Source: Chrysomallon squamiferum (Eukaryota > Animalia > Mollusca). From it: 64,000 nucleotides of DNA. Of this stretch, positions 43,429 through 56,621 are shown piece after piece. Every line of letters begins with the position of its first letter. Position 1 is the first letter of the stretch. A program made the position numbers and the translations under genes. Location of the stretch: the NCBI GenBank assembly GCA_012295275.1, contig CM022672.1, positions 3,286,001-3,350,000 of the forward strand. Reading direction: 5' to 3'. Under the pieces are notes generated by a model that worked only from the letters and a program-made list of their open reading frames with translations, searched no databases and was not told where the DNA came from.

Positions 43429-46295
43429 ACATTCACAAACAAACAGCACAATAGATATACATACACACAAAAATAAATAGATATGCACAAATAATCTTTT
43501 TCCTCTTTATTTTATCATAGCGTGTCCTTTTTTTATTGTTGTTATGGGAAGGTGCTTATAAATGATCTCTTTCTGCTAACTGATAAGAGAGGCCCAAATG
43601 GAGGTTACAGAAAGTTTTGTCTTTAATGTCATCAGAAATGTATGATCAATGATGTAAATATTTGAATAGACATCAAACTGTTTTTAAAGAAACACCAATT
43701 TATTCACAGTCTGCAATTAATTTCCAAAAACGTTAATTGTTCTTTTCTTTTTTTTTTCTTTTTTTTCAGAACAAAGAGAAATGAGGCAGAAAAAGAAACT
43801 AAGACAGAAGCAGTTAAAGCAGGAAGATTTAATGGTGGCTGCAGCATCAACATGGAACAATGAGATTCTACCAAACTGGGAGGCTATGTATGAATTTATA
43901 GTAACATGTAAAGTGACACATTCAGTACAGACACACACACACACATATATGTTTTGTGTTTAAGTAATTAAAAGCATACAAACACAGGCACATACAAACA
44001 ATTCAAACAATTGTTTTATATATATGTTATTGTTATGTATGACAAAAATGACTAAACAAAAATACATATGCACCTATTTACAGACACACTGATACAGATA
44101 ATACACAAACCAGATAATCTCTCTGACACACAGACACACACACACATACACACACAATAACTCACTAAAAATAAATATAAATTAACTGCCTGTATGTTTC
44201 TTTTTTTTTTTTTATTTTTTTTTAAATTTATGTTTAGACCCACACACACACATACACACTCACACATATAGATGGTAAGAGATGGAAAGAGATATTTGAT
44301 TGTTACTTAGTGGTATAGAAGGTAATGTGGGTTATCCAGTAATTATGTCATTGTTGAATTAACTGTGTCTGTGTTATCTGACACCAGACTTGGTGTGTGT
44401 ATACTGATTAAAATGTACAAATTATCTAACATCAGACACAGAGGGTCTGTCATGAATGCTTTAATTTGATAGCTAGGTCTTTTATATTAGAAATGACAGT
44501 GTCAGATATTCAGTAGTGAACATACGAATCACTCGACAGCACAGTTTTGTAGTTTACATGCAGTTAATGCAAAGTGAAAAATTGATACAATTCATTATTT
44601 AACACAGTGATATTTGTGCACTAAGATAATATATTAAAATTCTTTGATGTGTTTTTGATACTGTGATGATGTATGTTTTAGGATTTAGTCCTCAAAATTT
44701 TTTAACAGCCAAATTCACCAATAATGGATCTCACAGGGCAGTGTTAACCTGCAGCCTGTAAACAAGAGTAACAAAACATGAAAACATACAACTTTGATCC
44801 TGTTTTCTGTTAATACTGGCTATTAGATCTAATACATTTTTTGTTTTCTTTTTTTTAGTTTTAGTTCAGCTTTTTTGTTTTTTAATTTAAAAAAAGAAAA
44901 AAAAGAATGAGAAATAGATATGGTTAATATTAGCCATTCAGAGACTTTCATATCTTTAATGACTGACAAAAACATTAAACAAAATGAGGTTTTAGCTGGA
45001 GCATACAGCAGTGTTAAGGAGTTTTAAGGATTTTGTTTAGTTTGTTTTTTAAAGCTGTGTATTCATGATACAGTTTTATCAGTTACAGATTTTTGCATTT
45101 TTCTTTATCCCAGGCATAATTCAAAGAAAACAAGAGATCTATGGTGGCTTGGTTTGCCACCTAATGTCAGGGGAAAGGTGTGGAAACTGGCAATTGGCAA
45201 TGAACTGAACATCACTCCAGGTAATTTCATAATTTCCGGGAAAAATTTAAAAAGAAAATTTGTTTGTAAGTTCTGGATGAAAGATGCGAAAAATCCTTTG
45301 AAAATCAATTATGTTAAAGGTATCAGAGAAGGTCAAAGTTTTTAAAAAAGGTTTATTTGTTTCAATATAAAATGGTTATCTATAAACAAGTTGTGTTTTA
45401 AGAAAAAAATAAAAATCATTTTATTTTATTTTCAGTATAATTAGATTGTTATCTATAATTTTTTTCTTTTAGAATGTGTTTTTGAAAATATGACACAAAA
45501 TATTTTATTTTAATTTTCAAAACATAATTAAATTCATCATTTTTTGAAAATATGTTAATTTCATTTCATTTTGATTTCAAAATATGTTAATTGTTAATCA
45601 TTTTGAAAATATCAGTTTGTGATATATTATTTTAATTTCAAAATACGTTAATTCCATACCCATCATTTTGATTTCAAAATATGTTAATTCTGTAGTGATT
45701 GTTTTAATTGAAAATATTTAAATTTCAGAACTGTACGAGATTTGTCACAGCAGAGCTCTGGACCGAATTAAACTGACTCAGTCTGAAGATTCCTCTGCAG
45801 CCTCTGAAAGTAAACTGAATATCTCTTTATAAGTAAAGCGTACATTTCTTTGTACATATACAAATTGATTTAGGTTTTTTTTCTAACTGACCCAGTTAAA
45901 AGATCTGGAGGTAAAATATAAAAGCAAGTAATTTGCTATTGAAACATCAGATGATACTTTATTTTATTATTTTTTAATTATTATTATTATTATTATTATT
46001 TTTTTTTCCATTTTTAGTCTCCTTCAAATTACAATGTTCAATAAAGTAAATTTTATACATTTAATACTCTTGTTTCTATGTAGTTTTTGTACGTCTGTAA
46101 TTCCAGTTGTATCAGAACCTCCGTCCTGCAAGGAGAACAGTGTCCAGCTAATAAAACTGGACGTAGCCAGAACATTCCCACAACTCTGCATATTCCAAAA
46201 GGTTTATTTACGTTTTATTACTGTCAGTGTGTTTTACATGCCTTTATTTAAAAACAAACGCATGCACGCACGCACGCACACGCACACGCACACGC

Positions 46296-46342
<47 letters not shown>

Positions 46343-49300
46343 GAGCTGTCAGTTATACACCTTGTTATGTAGTTTCAGCTTGAATTTAAGCACTTATGTT
46401 TTATTCACTGGCCACTTTTAACACCCAAAAAATGTTTTTGTTATATTTCTACAAGGCTCTTTATTTCAAAGGCACATATCATCTTTTATCTGCATTTTCT
46501 CTGTGTGTGTAAAAATATTAGGGTTGTTTTTTTCTTCTTTTTGCTCATCTTTTTTTCATTATTTTATTTTATTTTATTTTTTATTTTATTTGTTTTTTTT
46601 TATATATTATTTATTTAAATATTTTATTTATTTATTTATATTTATTTATTTATTTATTTATTTATTTATTCATGCTAAGCATAGTTCAGTGGGGATATTC
46701 ATTAGAATCACTGAAGCAGTATTAATGTTTGTGTCTGGTTTCTGTCTCGTTATTTTCATGAATAAAATATGAATACATTTTAAAAAACATTTCTTTTACT
46801 GTTGTTTTTCTCAGGGTGGACCCTACTATGATCTACTGCACAGTCTGCTAGGAGCCTATGCCTGTTACAGACCTGATGTTGGATATGTAAGATGATAATC
46901 TACATTTATTTATTAACCTTTTAAATTCATAATGTTTTGTGGGGGTTTTGTTGAACACCATTAATACTTTAAAGTCACATTAAAAACAAAATCATGATTC
47001 TTATCAAACATAAGAGGAATTTCTCTACAATTCATTATTCTTCAGATCTTTTTATACATTATTCCCCAGATGTAAATTGAACATATGGAAGATGTAACTT
47101 TTGATTTCTCAGCTACCTCCATTTTAGTGAGAGCTGAACAGTTGGTATATCAAAGGCAACAAAATGTAAAATGTCAGTTGTGGAGCACAGGTTGGAATGG
47201 AAATTTATACACAAAGAATTGATAATAGATTCCCTTTGATGTCAACAAGTATATCAAATATGCCTAATTAATTAACTTTTTTGTTTTACATTTTAATATG
47301 AAACTAAAACTGCACCTTTTGCTTTAGTATAATATAACATTTTATTCCCAATCCCAGATCTACCTGAATACTGTATATTGATGTTCTGTTATATATATAT
47401 GTGACAGACACAATCTCTGATTATTATTATTTCAGGTCCAGGGTATGTCATTCATCTCTGCCATTTTACTGCTCAATATGGATGTTGCGGATGCATTTGT
47501 GTGTTTTGCCAATCTGCTCAACCGTCCTTGCCAAGTCACTTTTTTCCGCATGGATGAAGATACAGTAAGATTTTGTTTTTCTTTCACGTGAGACACGAAT
47601 ATAGCAAATCAAACAGATTCTGCGTAATGAATTTTAGAATCTGATATCAAACTTAATGATGTCATTCCTTGCATACACATCTACCTTACGATCCCAAAAA
47701 TATTTGATAATCTGATTTTTAAATTAAAATAATTTTTGTTATATTTATTTATTTATAGTATAAAATAGAGTATTTTTATAAAATAACAAAAATTAAAAAT
47801 ATAAATAAATGGCAGTTATTTTAATGTTAATTAACTTAATACAATATTTTTTTATTACTCTCGTACTTCAGAATGGTTGTAAATATTTCAAGTGTGTTTG
47901 GTTTGTTTCCAGATGAAAGCATATTACGACACTTTTGAAGAATTCCTCAAAGAAAACCTGTCACACCTTTCTGATCATTTCGTAGAACAAAACCTTACTC
48001 CAAATCTTTACCTCGTTGACTGGTAAGAAGCAGACTGGTTTTTTTGGGGAGATGTTAAAAAATTTTAATGTGATTAATTCAAATTTAGTTATCTGTGTGT
48101 CGTGAGCTGATTAATTTATGTTTTTCAGCTGGATCAAGATATTAGATAAAAATAACTATTCATAAAAATGTCTTTAGCAGAATGGATAATGTTCAGTATT
48201 TTGGGTGATCCAGCATCACTAATAAGAACATGTGACAGTAAAATAATACAGTTACAAGACATCTGAATACCACTATTTTATTTCTTCATAGTTTGATTTG
48301 AAACTCACTGTATGCATGGCAGTGGACTGATAGCTGTATTTATTGTTTACAGTTCCAGAAGAAACTTTAATGCAAAATTAATTCACTCTGTAGCCAGTGA
48401 CATAGCAACTACACAAAAATGGATGAATATTTCTCACCAGTGCTCTTTTCTTTTAGTATTTTATATAATTAATATTGGTCTCCTAAAAATCCACATAAAG
48501 CATACCTTAGAAATGTGCAGAATATATTTAGACAGTTTCATAGTATCACCAAATGTATACTTCATTTTTTTTATAAGAATAGAGATAGTTCAGATAGGGA
48601 AAAAAAATATTAAACATAATGCTTTGTAATTCTGAGTTCTTTGTTTAATATTATGTTTGATGCTGTTTCAGGATATTTTTGTTGTACAGCAAATCATTAC
48701 CATTAGATATTGCTTGTCGAGTCTGGGACATTTTCTGTAGAGATGGAGAGGAGTTTCTTTTCAGAACAGCAATAGGTACTGTATCCTGTTAGTTAAATAT
48801 TGTAACTGCTTTTTATTTTTTTATTTTTTTTTTTTTTTGTTCTTTGCTTCAAAACTAAGTAACGAAGTCATATTTCAAAATGTTTTTAAAGAGGTGATTT
48901 CTCATTTTAATGTTTGATTAAGTAAAAATGGAGAAATAATAATTTTAAGTTTTAAAGGCAAATTAATGATGACCTTGAGAAAAGAAAGATGTAATAATTT
49001 AAAAATCATTTTTTCACCATGCTTTGGTTGTGTCTAACCTAATTAATGGAATCTTTTTTTGTTATTAACATTGTAGGAGTTTTTGTTTTAGTTTTCCTTA
49101 TTTATTTTATTTTATTTTTTATTTATTTTTTTTTTTATTTATTTATTTATTTATTTATTTTATTTTATTTTATTTTATTTTTATTTTATTTTATTTTTGA
49201 TAGTAGATGCAGGTTTATCAAAACATTGATCAGAATGTGATTATTTTTAATTTCTGAATTGTTTTTTGTTTACAGGTATTTTGAAAACATATGAGTCTGT

Positions 49301-49484
49301 CCTGATGACACTGGATTTCATTCACATGGCAAAATTTCTCACAAAGTTACCTGAAAACATTTCTTCAAATACTCTGTTCACAAACATTCAGACAATTAGA
49401 ATGGTGATTGACAAGAAGAGATTCGTGCAAGTGCTGTCAGCACACAAAGACAATGTCAGCAGAGACAAAGACAGCTTGTCATGA
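34485..49484 (+). CDS. TBC1D14: TBC1 domain family member 12/14-like Rab-GAP
   Basis: Exons 34485-35647, 41047-41274, 41815-41897, 43770-43887, 45114-45220, 45729-45809, 46107-46201, 46815-46886, 47436-47564, 47913-48022, 48672-48775 and 49276-49484, all GT-AG and in phase. Motifs: [48 protein letters not shown] (IxxDxxR finger), [11 protein letters not shown] (YxQ finger), [14 protein letters not shown]. Probably co-orthologous to vertebrate TBC1D12 and TBC1D14. Confidence 0.93.
36009..36305. repeat. ~97-bp tandem repeat, 3 copies, in a TBC1D intron
   Basis: Core ctcatttctaattaaactaatattcagttcagaatttaaaccatgaattcacttt occurs three times, separated by (TA)n(CA)n. Confidence 0.92.
41351..41654. 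mobile_element. Non-autonomous Tc1/mariner-pogo MITE (Tigger4/MER46-like), 304 bp, in a TBC1D intron
   Basis: TA|CAGGTTGAGAATCCTTTATCTGAAA ... TTTTGGATAAGGGATCCTCAACCTG|TA: imperfect ~25-bp terminal inverted repeats with a TA target-site duplication; no transposase. Confidence 0.9.
45480..45720. repeat. Degenerate AT-rich minisatellite in a TBC1D intron
   Basis: Recurrent ttttgatttcaaaatatgttaatt / ttttgaaaatat units, e.g. near 45570 and 45666. Confidence 0.55.
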
Positions 49485-51215
49485 AGGAGACACTGACAGA
49501 CAATGTCATGTGACATTGTAAGTGACCTCAACATGTCAAATGAGATTGATATTATACATTTTGAAAAAACTGAAATCGGCACAAGATCATTTTCCCAAAA
49601 AAAAAAGTAATAATGTTATTGTTACGCCATTCAGGATGTGTTCCATCAGGAGCTGAGATATTGTCATTGACATGTCAGGAAATGGCCACCAAACGACACC
49701 AGCTGTGACAGTACATTGCCACCAGTGTGACAACTGGCATGTGTCAGTAACTGACATCTGTGTGACATCAACTTGTGACAAGAAACTGATATTGTCATTT
49801 CAGGAGATTTTTCATGCAGTCATACAATGATATTGACAGTGTCATATGAAACGAAATTGTTCTCATTTAATGAGTAATTCACTCCAAGTAACCAAAAACA
49901 TATTTTTTTTTTTTTCTTCATCAGAGTGTTATTGCAGCAGTACGAATATCAATTCATTTTTCAAAAATCCTTTGTGGAGAAAGTTTAATCTTTACTTTTT
50001 TATCATCCATTTTCTCCTGTATGTAACCCTTATTTGGCCAGCATTCTGTGGAATAAGACAATTGACAGAGTAATTGTTATTGTGGGGAGGGGGGTTGTTT
50101 TATTCAAAATAATTTTTATTATTATTATTATTTTTATGTTTTTTAAATTATTTCTTAAAATAATCTTTATTATATCTTATTTTTTCCACTGCTGAATTAT
50201 ACAGAGTATGAAGAAGTCCATTCCAACTTGAATAGTTTTGACTAAACAATGCAAACCAGATTTGTGCGAATTTGTTTATGTTGTATGTTTTTTTTTTCTT
50301 TCTCCCAAATGGTTCCTGGTCACTTCTGAGGAATAATTATGTATGGCTTAATGAAGGGTAAACCATGATTATTTTGTACTTTTTTTATTCTTATTATTGT
50401 TGTGTCTTGTGTTAGCTATTTCCAAATGCATGATGGGTAATGCTTGTTATTTCATTTTTGACACAAAAAATATTTTTGCTCTTCTCTGAAAAACATTATT
50501 CTAAACATTTCTAATCACAGTTTTGTGGAATATAAAAGATTTTTTAACAAAATAAACTCGATTTCTTAAAAATTCAAAACTAAAAAACTGTGCTTTTTTC
50601 TCTTTACAACTAACATTGTTTGATTTGTCACGTGAAGGATATTTAATACTGTATTAACTCTTAAAAATCTAATACTGCTGATCATTTTAACACCTCTTTA
50701 TATACAGCAGCATTAGCTGTTGTCTGTTATCAGTGCATTTAATTGACCACACAAATTAAATTCTTTATTACATATTTTTCTTTCTTTTTTTCTTTTTTGT
50801 CATCATGGAGATGAAATAATATATATGTATACTAATTGCTTTTTGTTTTTGTTTCAGAGGAGAGTTTGTTTTTACTTATATTTTTTTTCTATGATCAATT
50901 TTTTAAAATACACATTTATAATTGTGAGTATTGTTATCAGGTCAGATTTATTTAGAAACATTTCAACAATTTATTATACGGAGAAAGTTTTGATTGATGA
51001 AAAGTTATACAAAATTTTATACTTTTTAATTTTGGCAAAAACTAATTTTTAAAATTTAACAAAAGTGCCTTTTGCCTCTCAAATGGTTTAAATTGTTGTT
51101 AACATAATTAGAAGTTCATCAGTACAGGAAAACAATTTGTATTATAAAAAAAATTATTTATTAACTTAGCTAGTTTCATCAACAAATAAATTGTATTTAT
51201 AGCTGTACAAAATGT

Positions 51216-51251
<36 letters not shown>

Positions 51252-54200
51252 AACAAAATTAGTGATGTTAAAATTTTCCATTTTCCTTTTAGTCCAACAT
51301 ATTAAAACTTGAATATATCCATACTGATTGTGAAGGTAAATAAAAAATTTAAAAATTCAAAGATTAAGGCATTGGCAAATGGCAGATCAATTGGTTAATT
51401 TCTCAACAGACAAATGTCTATCATGTGAACTAACTGTCTGTATATATTTAGTTTCTAAAAATAGTAATAAAAACTGCAGAATACCGAAATGCGCCGTCAA
51501 GTTTTCATCACAAAACTTTATGTAGTGGAGATAGTTCTGATAGCAAGGGATCAAACAAACAAAAGTAAATGGCTACATAATAAACATTACAAATTTAAAA
51601 TTATAAATTTAAATTTAAATTTAACAGAAGTATTTATAAAGAAGATCCTTAAATGTGTGTCATCAAGATTCCGTCAGAGAATCTGAAGAAAAAAAGAAAA
51701 AAAAAGATTGTTTTGACAGCAAAGAAACAAAGAAACAGCTAAATCATACTAAATGTTTTTTAATATTCTTAATTTTTGAAGCAGACTGTTCATCTAGAAC
51801 ATCCTTTTATTTGCATATCATTAAAGTTTATATCATAGTTACATGAAAATGGAAATTGGCTGACTCACAATAATGCCATTTGTAACATCTTTTTCGTATC
51901 ATTATTTTGGAAACAGGATATCTGAAAGAATCTTTAAACATCTGAGAGAATGCTGTTTGAAAGTTTCACTAACAATACTGATGCCTTTCTGTACTCAGCT
52001 CAAAATTGGTGATTTAAAAATAAATAAATGAAAAAATAAAATTATGTGTTATTTAGACGCAGCTCAAATTTGACCAGATACTCATTAACTGACATCTACA
52101 TAAAATTTATATTTTTTTTAGTTAATGGTTGGTTGAGCTTTTGAATGAAATGTGTTGTAACTTTTGTATTGCTTTCATAACCTTTCAGATGTCAATTTGT
52201 CATTGTAAATGTAAAATATTTAACGGTCTGTTGAAATTTTACTGTAAACCATTGTTTTGAATACATACTGTTTACTTCAGTATAAAAACATGATGTATAA
52301 TAGGCATCAAAAAAATTCTGTTTTAAAAATCTTAGTCATAAATATATGAATGTTTCTTAACAAAACAAAACAAAAATACACCTGAAATACATAGGTAGCA
52401 CCTTTTAAATTCAAAATAATAATTAACAATTATGTCTCTAGCAGTATAATAACTACATATTTATGTATTAAAAAATGTTTTTGTTTTTAAGCTGGTTATG
52501 GTTTTATCATGAAATGATAGAGATTGTGTGACCTGTTACAAGAAAAGTCATAATGCACTCAAATGATCATGTTTTAAAATTCAGCCAGTTGCTGATGTTT
52601 ACACCTGGCAGTCTAAAACTTGTTCGTTAGTTTTTGTGGGGTTTTTAAAATGGAATTATTAGTTAATGACACTGGAAGAAGAAATTTCAGAAAAGCATTG
52701 AGTTAATTTTGGATGAATCATGTTTATTAAATAGCATGTCAAAACTATAATCTTAGCTTTATTTTTTTATTTTAGAGCAAAATAAAAAGACAGAAGATAA
52801 AATATTACAAGGTATAAAAAAATATATAAAATAACAAAGTGCAGTTAAGTGTGCTTAAGTGAAATTTTCATTTATTTATTTATTTATTTAATTATTTATT
52901 TATTTATTTATTTTTGCTACACTTGAAGATTTTATCACAGAATAGTGAATTTAAACTTACACTTCATCAGTATTCTGCATTGTCTGATACAGTTATTTTT
53001 TTTATTTACACCAATCAAAATCAGTCCAGGTCACATTTCATTGGGATAGATATTTCAAATCATAGTGAATATATTAAACTGCTAGTCATTATTGTTCTGT
53101 ATGTCATATGTATGTGATACATTGTGAAATAATTGAACTTCGACCGTTTGTAATGAAATTGGTCAGATATTAATCCGGTCAAATCCTGTGATATGCTTGA
53201 TATTGTATCAGTGATGTCCACATTAGTATTCCATTTTTACTGAATATCAGTTTGTGTGTCTTTTGTCATATGTTTCATCTTGTGTAGATATTTGTATAAC
53301 AAATATGTATTTGGTTTAATCCAGTTTACATTGAGGTTATGAACAGTTGTTTAATAGTTACATTGTGTATATATATTTAAATGACTCACAGTTGAAAACA
53401 TTTTTGATTCTACACTAGAGACATTTGCATTTAATTGTTTTGTTGTTGTTTTTTTGTGTGTTTTTTTCTTTAATTTTTTGTTTTTGTCTTTTTAGACTTT
53501 TAATCATAGGATATCTTTTCCAACATTTTTAGGATATCTGCACACATAAGAGGAAGAAAAGAAGAATTTATCATGTTTGTGAAAAATAATAAAATGAAAG
53601 AAAATTGTAACAGTGAACCAACACCACTATTTTAATATTTAATTTACTAAAAACCCAAAAATAACCAATTAGTGAAAAAAGATAAAAAAACATAAATATT
53701 TCAAATTTCATACAATTATTTTATCAATCTTTGGATTTCTTAGATGAACAGTTTCAATTAAAATATTTTTTATTGGCTGTTTCATTTACATTAATTTGTC
53801 ATTTTGTTCCATATAAAGAATGTTTCTTTAGCATCATAGCAATAGATGAGGATTAAACCAAGCTGCATATTTGTTTATTTAAATTGATAAACATATCCAT
53901 AAGAGTGAAAATCCTATTTCAAACACCATACATTAATATTTTGCAACTGGCAGTTAGTGTGAACGATAAAATAAATTATTAAATAAAACCATTTCTGCAC
54001 AATGAAGAATATGCATTAGATATATTGCACAAATAATTGTAATTATTTTTTATTATTATTTTCTTTTAAACCTATATATCAATTTCCTCAGTTTTGAACC
54101 TGTCATATTTATTTTCACCAAATAAATACTTGTATGCTTAATCAGATGAATATATTATTACTATCTGCTTGCTTTAGGTTTTGTATGGCACTTGAAAGAC

Positions 54201-54899
54201 ATTAAACAGATTAATGTGGTATTTTACTGTTGTACTTTGAAAATTCAGAGCCTAAAAGATCAGTTTGTGATTCACTCATCTAAATGTTCATGATACTCTG
54301 AAATAAATTATTTTTATAAAATATACATTTCTCAACTGACAAAGAAATCCTGAATTTTTCTCTTTTCAGCGTTTTGTTATATTTGCTGAATCACTGGATC
54401 TGTTTGTACCACTTAAGTTACATTTTAAATTGCATTGTTTTCACAAAACTGATTCTAAACATGATTGTGTGAATGTGTGTTTTCTATAAAAAGTATTTCA
54501 TTGGGCATTTTGAAACAGACATGTACAAAACCATAATCTGTGCCAGAGTGAGAATATACAGTCATTAAAAAAAAAAAAAAATTAAATTTGATTTTGGATT
54601 TGAAATGGTTCAGTGATATGAAGACTTGTGTGAGGTTGTTTTTTTTTTTTGCCCAAATGATTAACAAAAAATATTTCACTGAATTAGTTACCTCCCTTTG
54701 TTACAAATAATGGTTTTGTGCTTCAGGTCACACAACAGCACATTTCTGATTGGCTGTTACTTTGTGTAAATAGTTGTAAATACAGTATTTTGTGTACATA
54801 TATTTTTTTATATTTTCATGAAATCTGAATGTAAACAAGTAATGAATATATATATATAGAAACATGTGCTTTTGTGTGCTAAAACTGTAATGGCTAATT

Positions 54900-54934
<35 letters not shown>

Positions 54935-56621
54935 TTTCCTGTTTCTTTAAAATAAAAACCCAGATTTAGATTTCGGCATATTTTCACAGACTAGGTGACT
55001 ATTTAGGTTTTTTAGTCCTTTGAAAATTCAAAATTTTAAATATATTTACAACATAAAAGCATTTCTGAATTTAAGTTGCAGAAACTTAATTTGAGAAAAA
55101 AAACAAGAACAAAAAAAAAAGACAAAATACTCTTTACACTGTATTTTTATATTCTTATATACTGCATCCATAATAACTTTATTCAGTTTATATTTTTCTT
55201 CATCTTTTTAAAAATATTAGTAAATAAAATATCTAGATTTATTATTCCATACCTAATTTACACCAAAATTTATTTAATTAGTTTTAGTTGCTCAAGAAAT
55301 GGCTCATTTTAAAAAGAAGATATTTTATTATTTACATAGTGAATACAGCATAGTTAAATGTTGAGCATTAGTGCATTAGGCTAATTAAACACACCTTTCT
55401 CATTCCATTTGCAATATTTTTTTCCAAGAAGGAATTACTAAATACAAATTTTAATTTATTAATATTTATTTTAAGACTGCATGATAATTTAACTGTAGGT
55501 ATTGAAGGTCATAATATTGAGTAGTTCAAAATTTTTAAATATATTCAGTGCACACATATTTAATTCTAGAACTTTTAATTTCATATTGTTTATTTTTCTC
55601 ACAATATTTGTATATGAGTTTGTGTTAATAAAATAGATGTACATTCATTGTAGATACAAGTGACAATTACATTTATATTTATACAAATATAATTTTTTTT
55701 TTGTTTGTTTCAATGCTGTGGTCTCTGTTGCTGAGTGCAATACCTTTGCTAGCATGTTGCAAAATAGACTTGTTAGGGCACAGTAACATAGCAACGTTGC
55801 AAAATGAATAAAGTTGATTGTCCAGCATCTTTGATTTACTTTTCTTTTGATTTAATCTTCGATTTTTTTCTTTCTCTTTTTTTAATCAATGGCTGAATGG
55901 GGGGTATTGTTCTTGTTTGTTGGTTTTTGTTTTGTTGTTTCTGTAATCAAAGTAGTTTCAGCAGTGAAAACTAAACTTGCAATACAATGAAAACATTCTT
56001 TTTATTAAAGGCAGAAGAAATAATTATACAGAAATAAAATTCTTGTGTTGTACATATTTATTACTGAAACTGATTAGAAATACTTTCAAGCCTTAAATAC
56101 CTGCATTAAACAGTGAATGTTCAAAATAATGCAATTTGTAATTCAAAACCATATTGGAAAATAATTTGTAAACAAACTATAGGAAATAGCTTTTCTAATT
56201 TTTTATTGAAAAAAGAAAGAAAAAGGAATACCATATATACTGATATAGATCATTTAAATATCTGTTTTGAATTTAAAGTAACTATAAAGCATAATTATTT
56301 CCAAGAGTTATAATGGATGTGCATTCCTGTCCACTGTCTATTTTGTTGTTTTGGTTTTGAGGGATTTTTGTTTTTAGAAAGAAGTCTTAAAAATTCTCCA
56401 GTTCCTGGTTTTTTCTTCACAACAATAACATTCTGATGTTGGTATTCGTTGGAGAGAAGAAAAAAAAAAAAAATAAAATAAAATAATAATAAAAATAAAA
56501 ACCTCAGTCGGAGATCTTTCTCCTCAATGAAGGCCTTCAGGATGTATAAACTGCTTAATACCAGTTTCGTAACATTTTAACAAAAGTAAACAGCTTCACT
56601 GTCTCAACCATCTCGTAACTT

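Noticed and set aside
47650-47720. Intronic C/D-box snoRNA candidates (also ~2127, ~17450, ~44663)
   Set aside because: Imperfect or missing boxes, no terminal stem and no recognisable rRNA complementarity.
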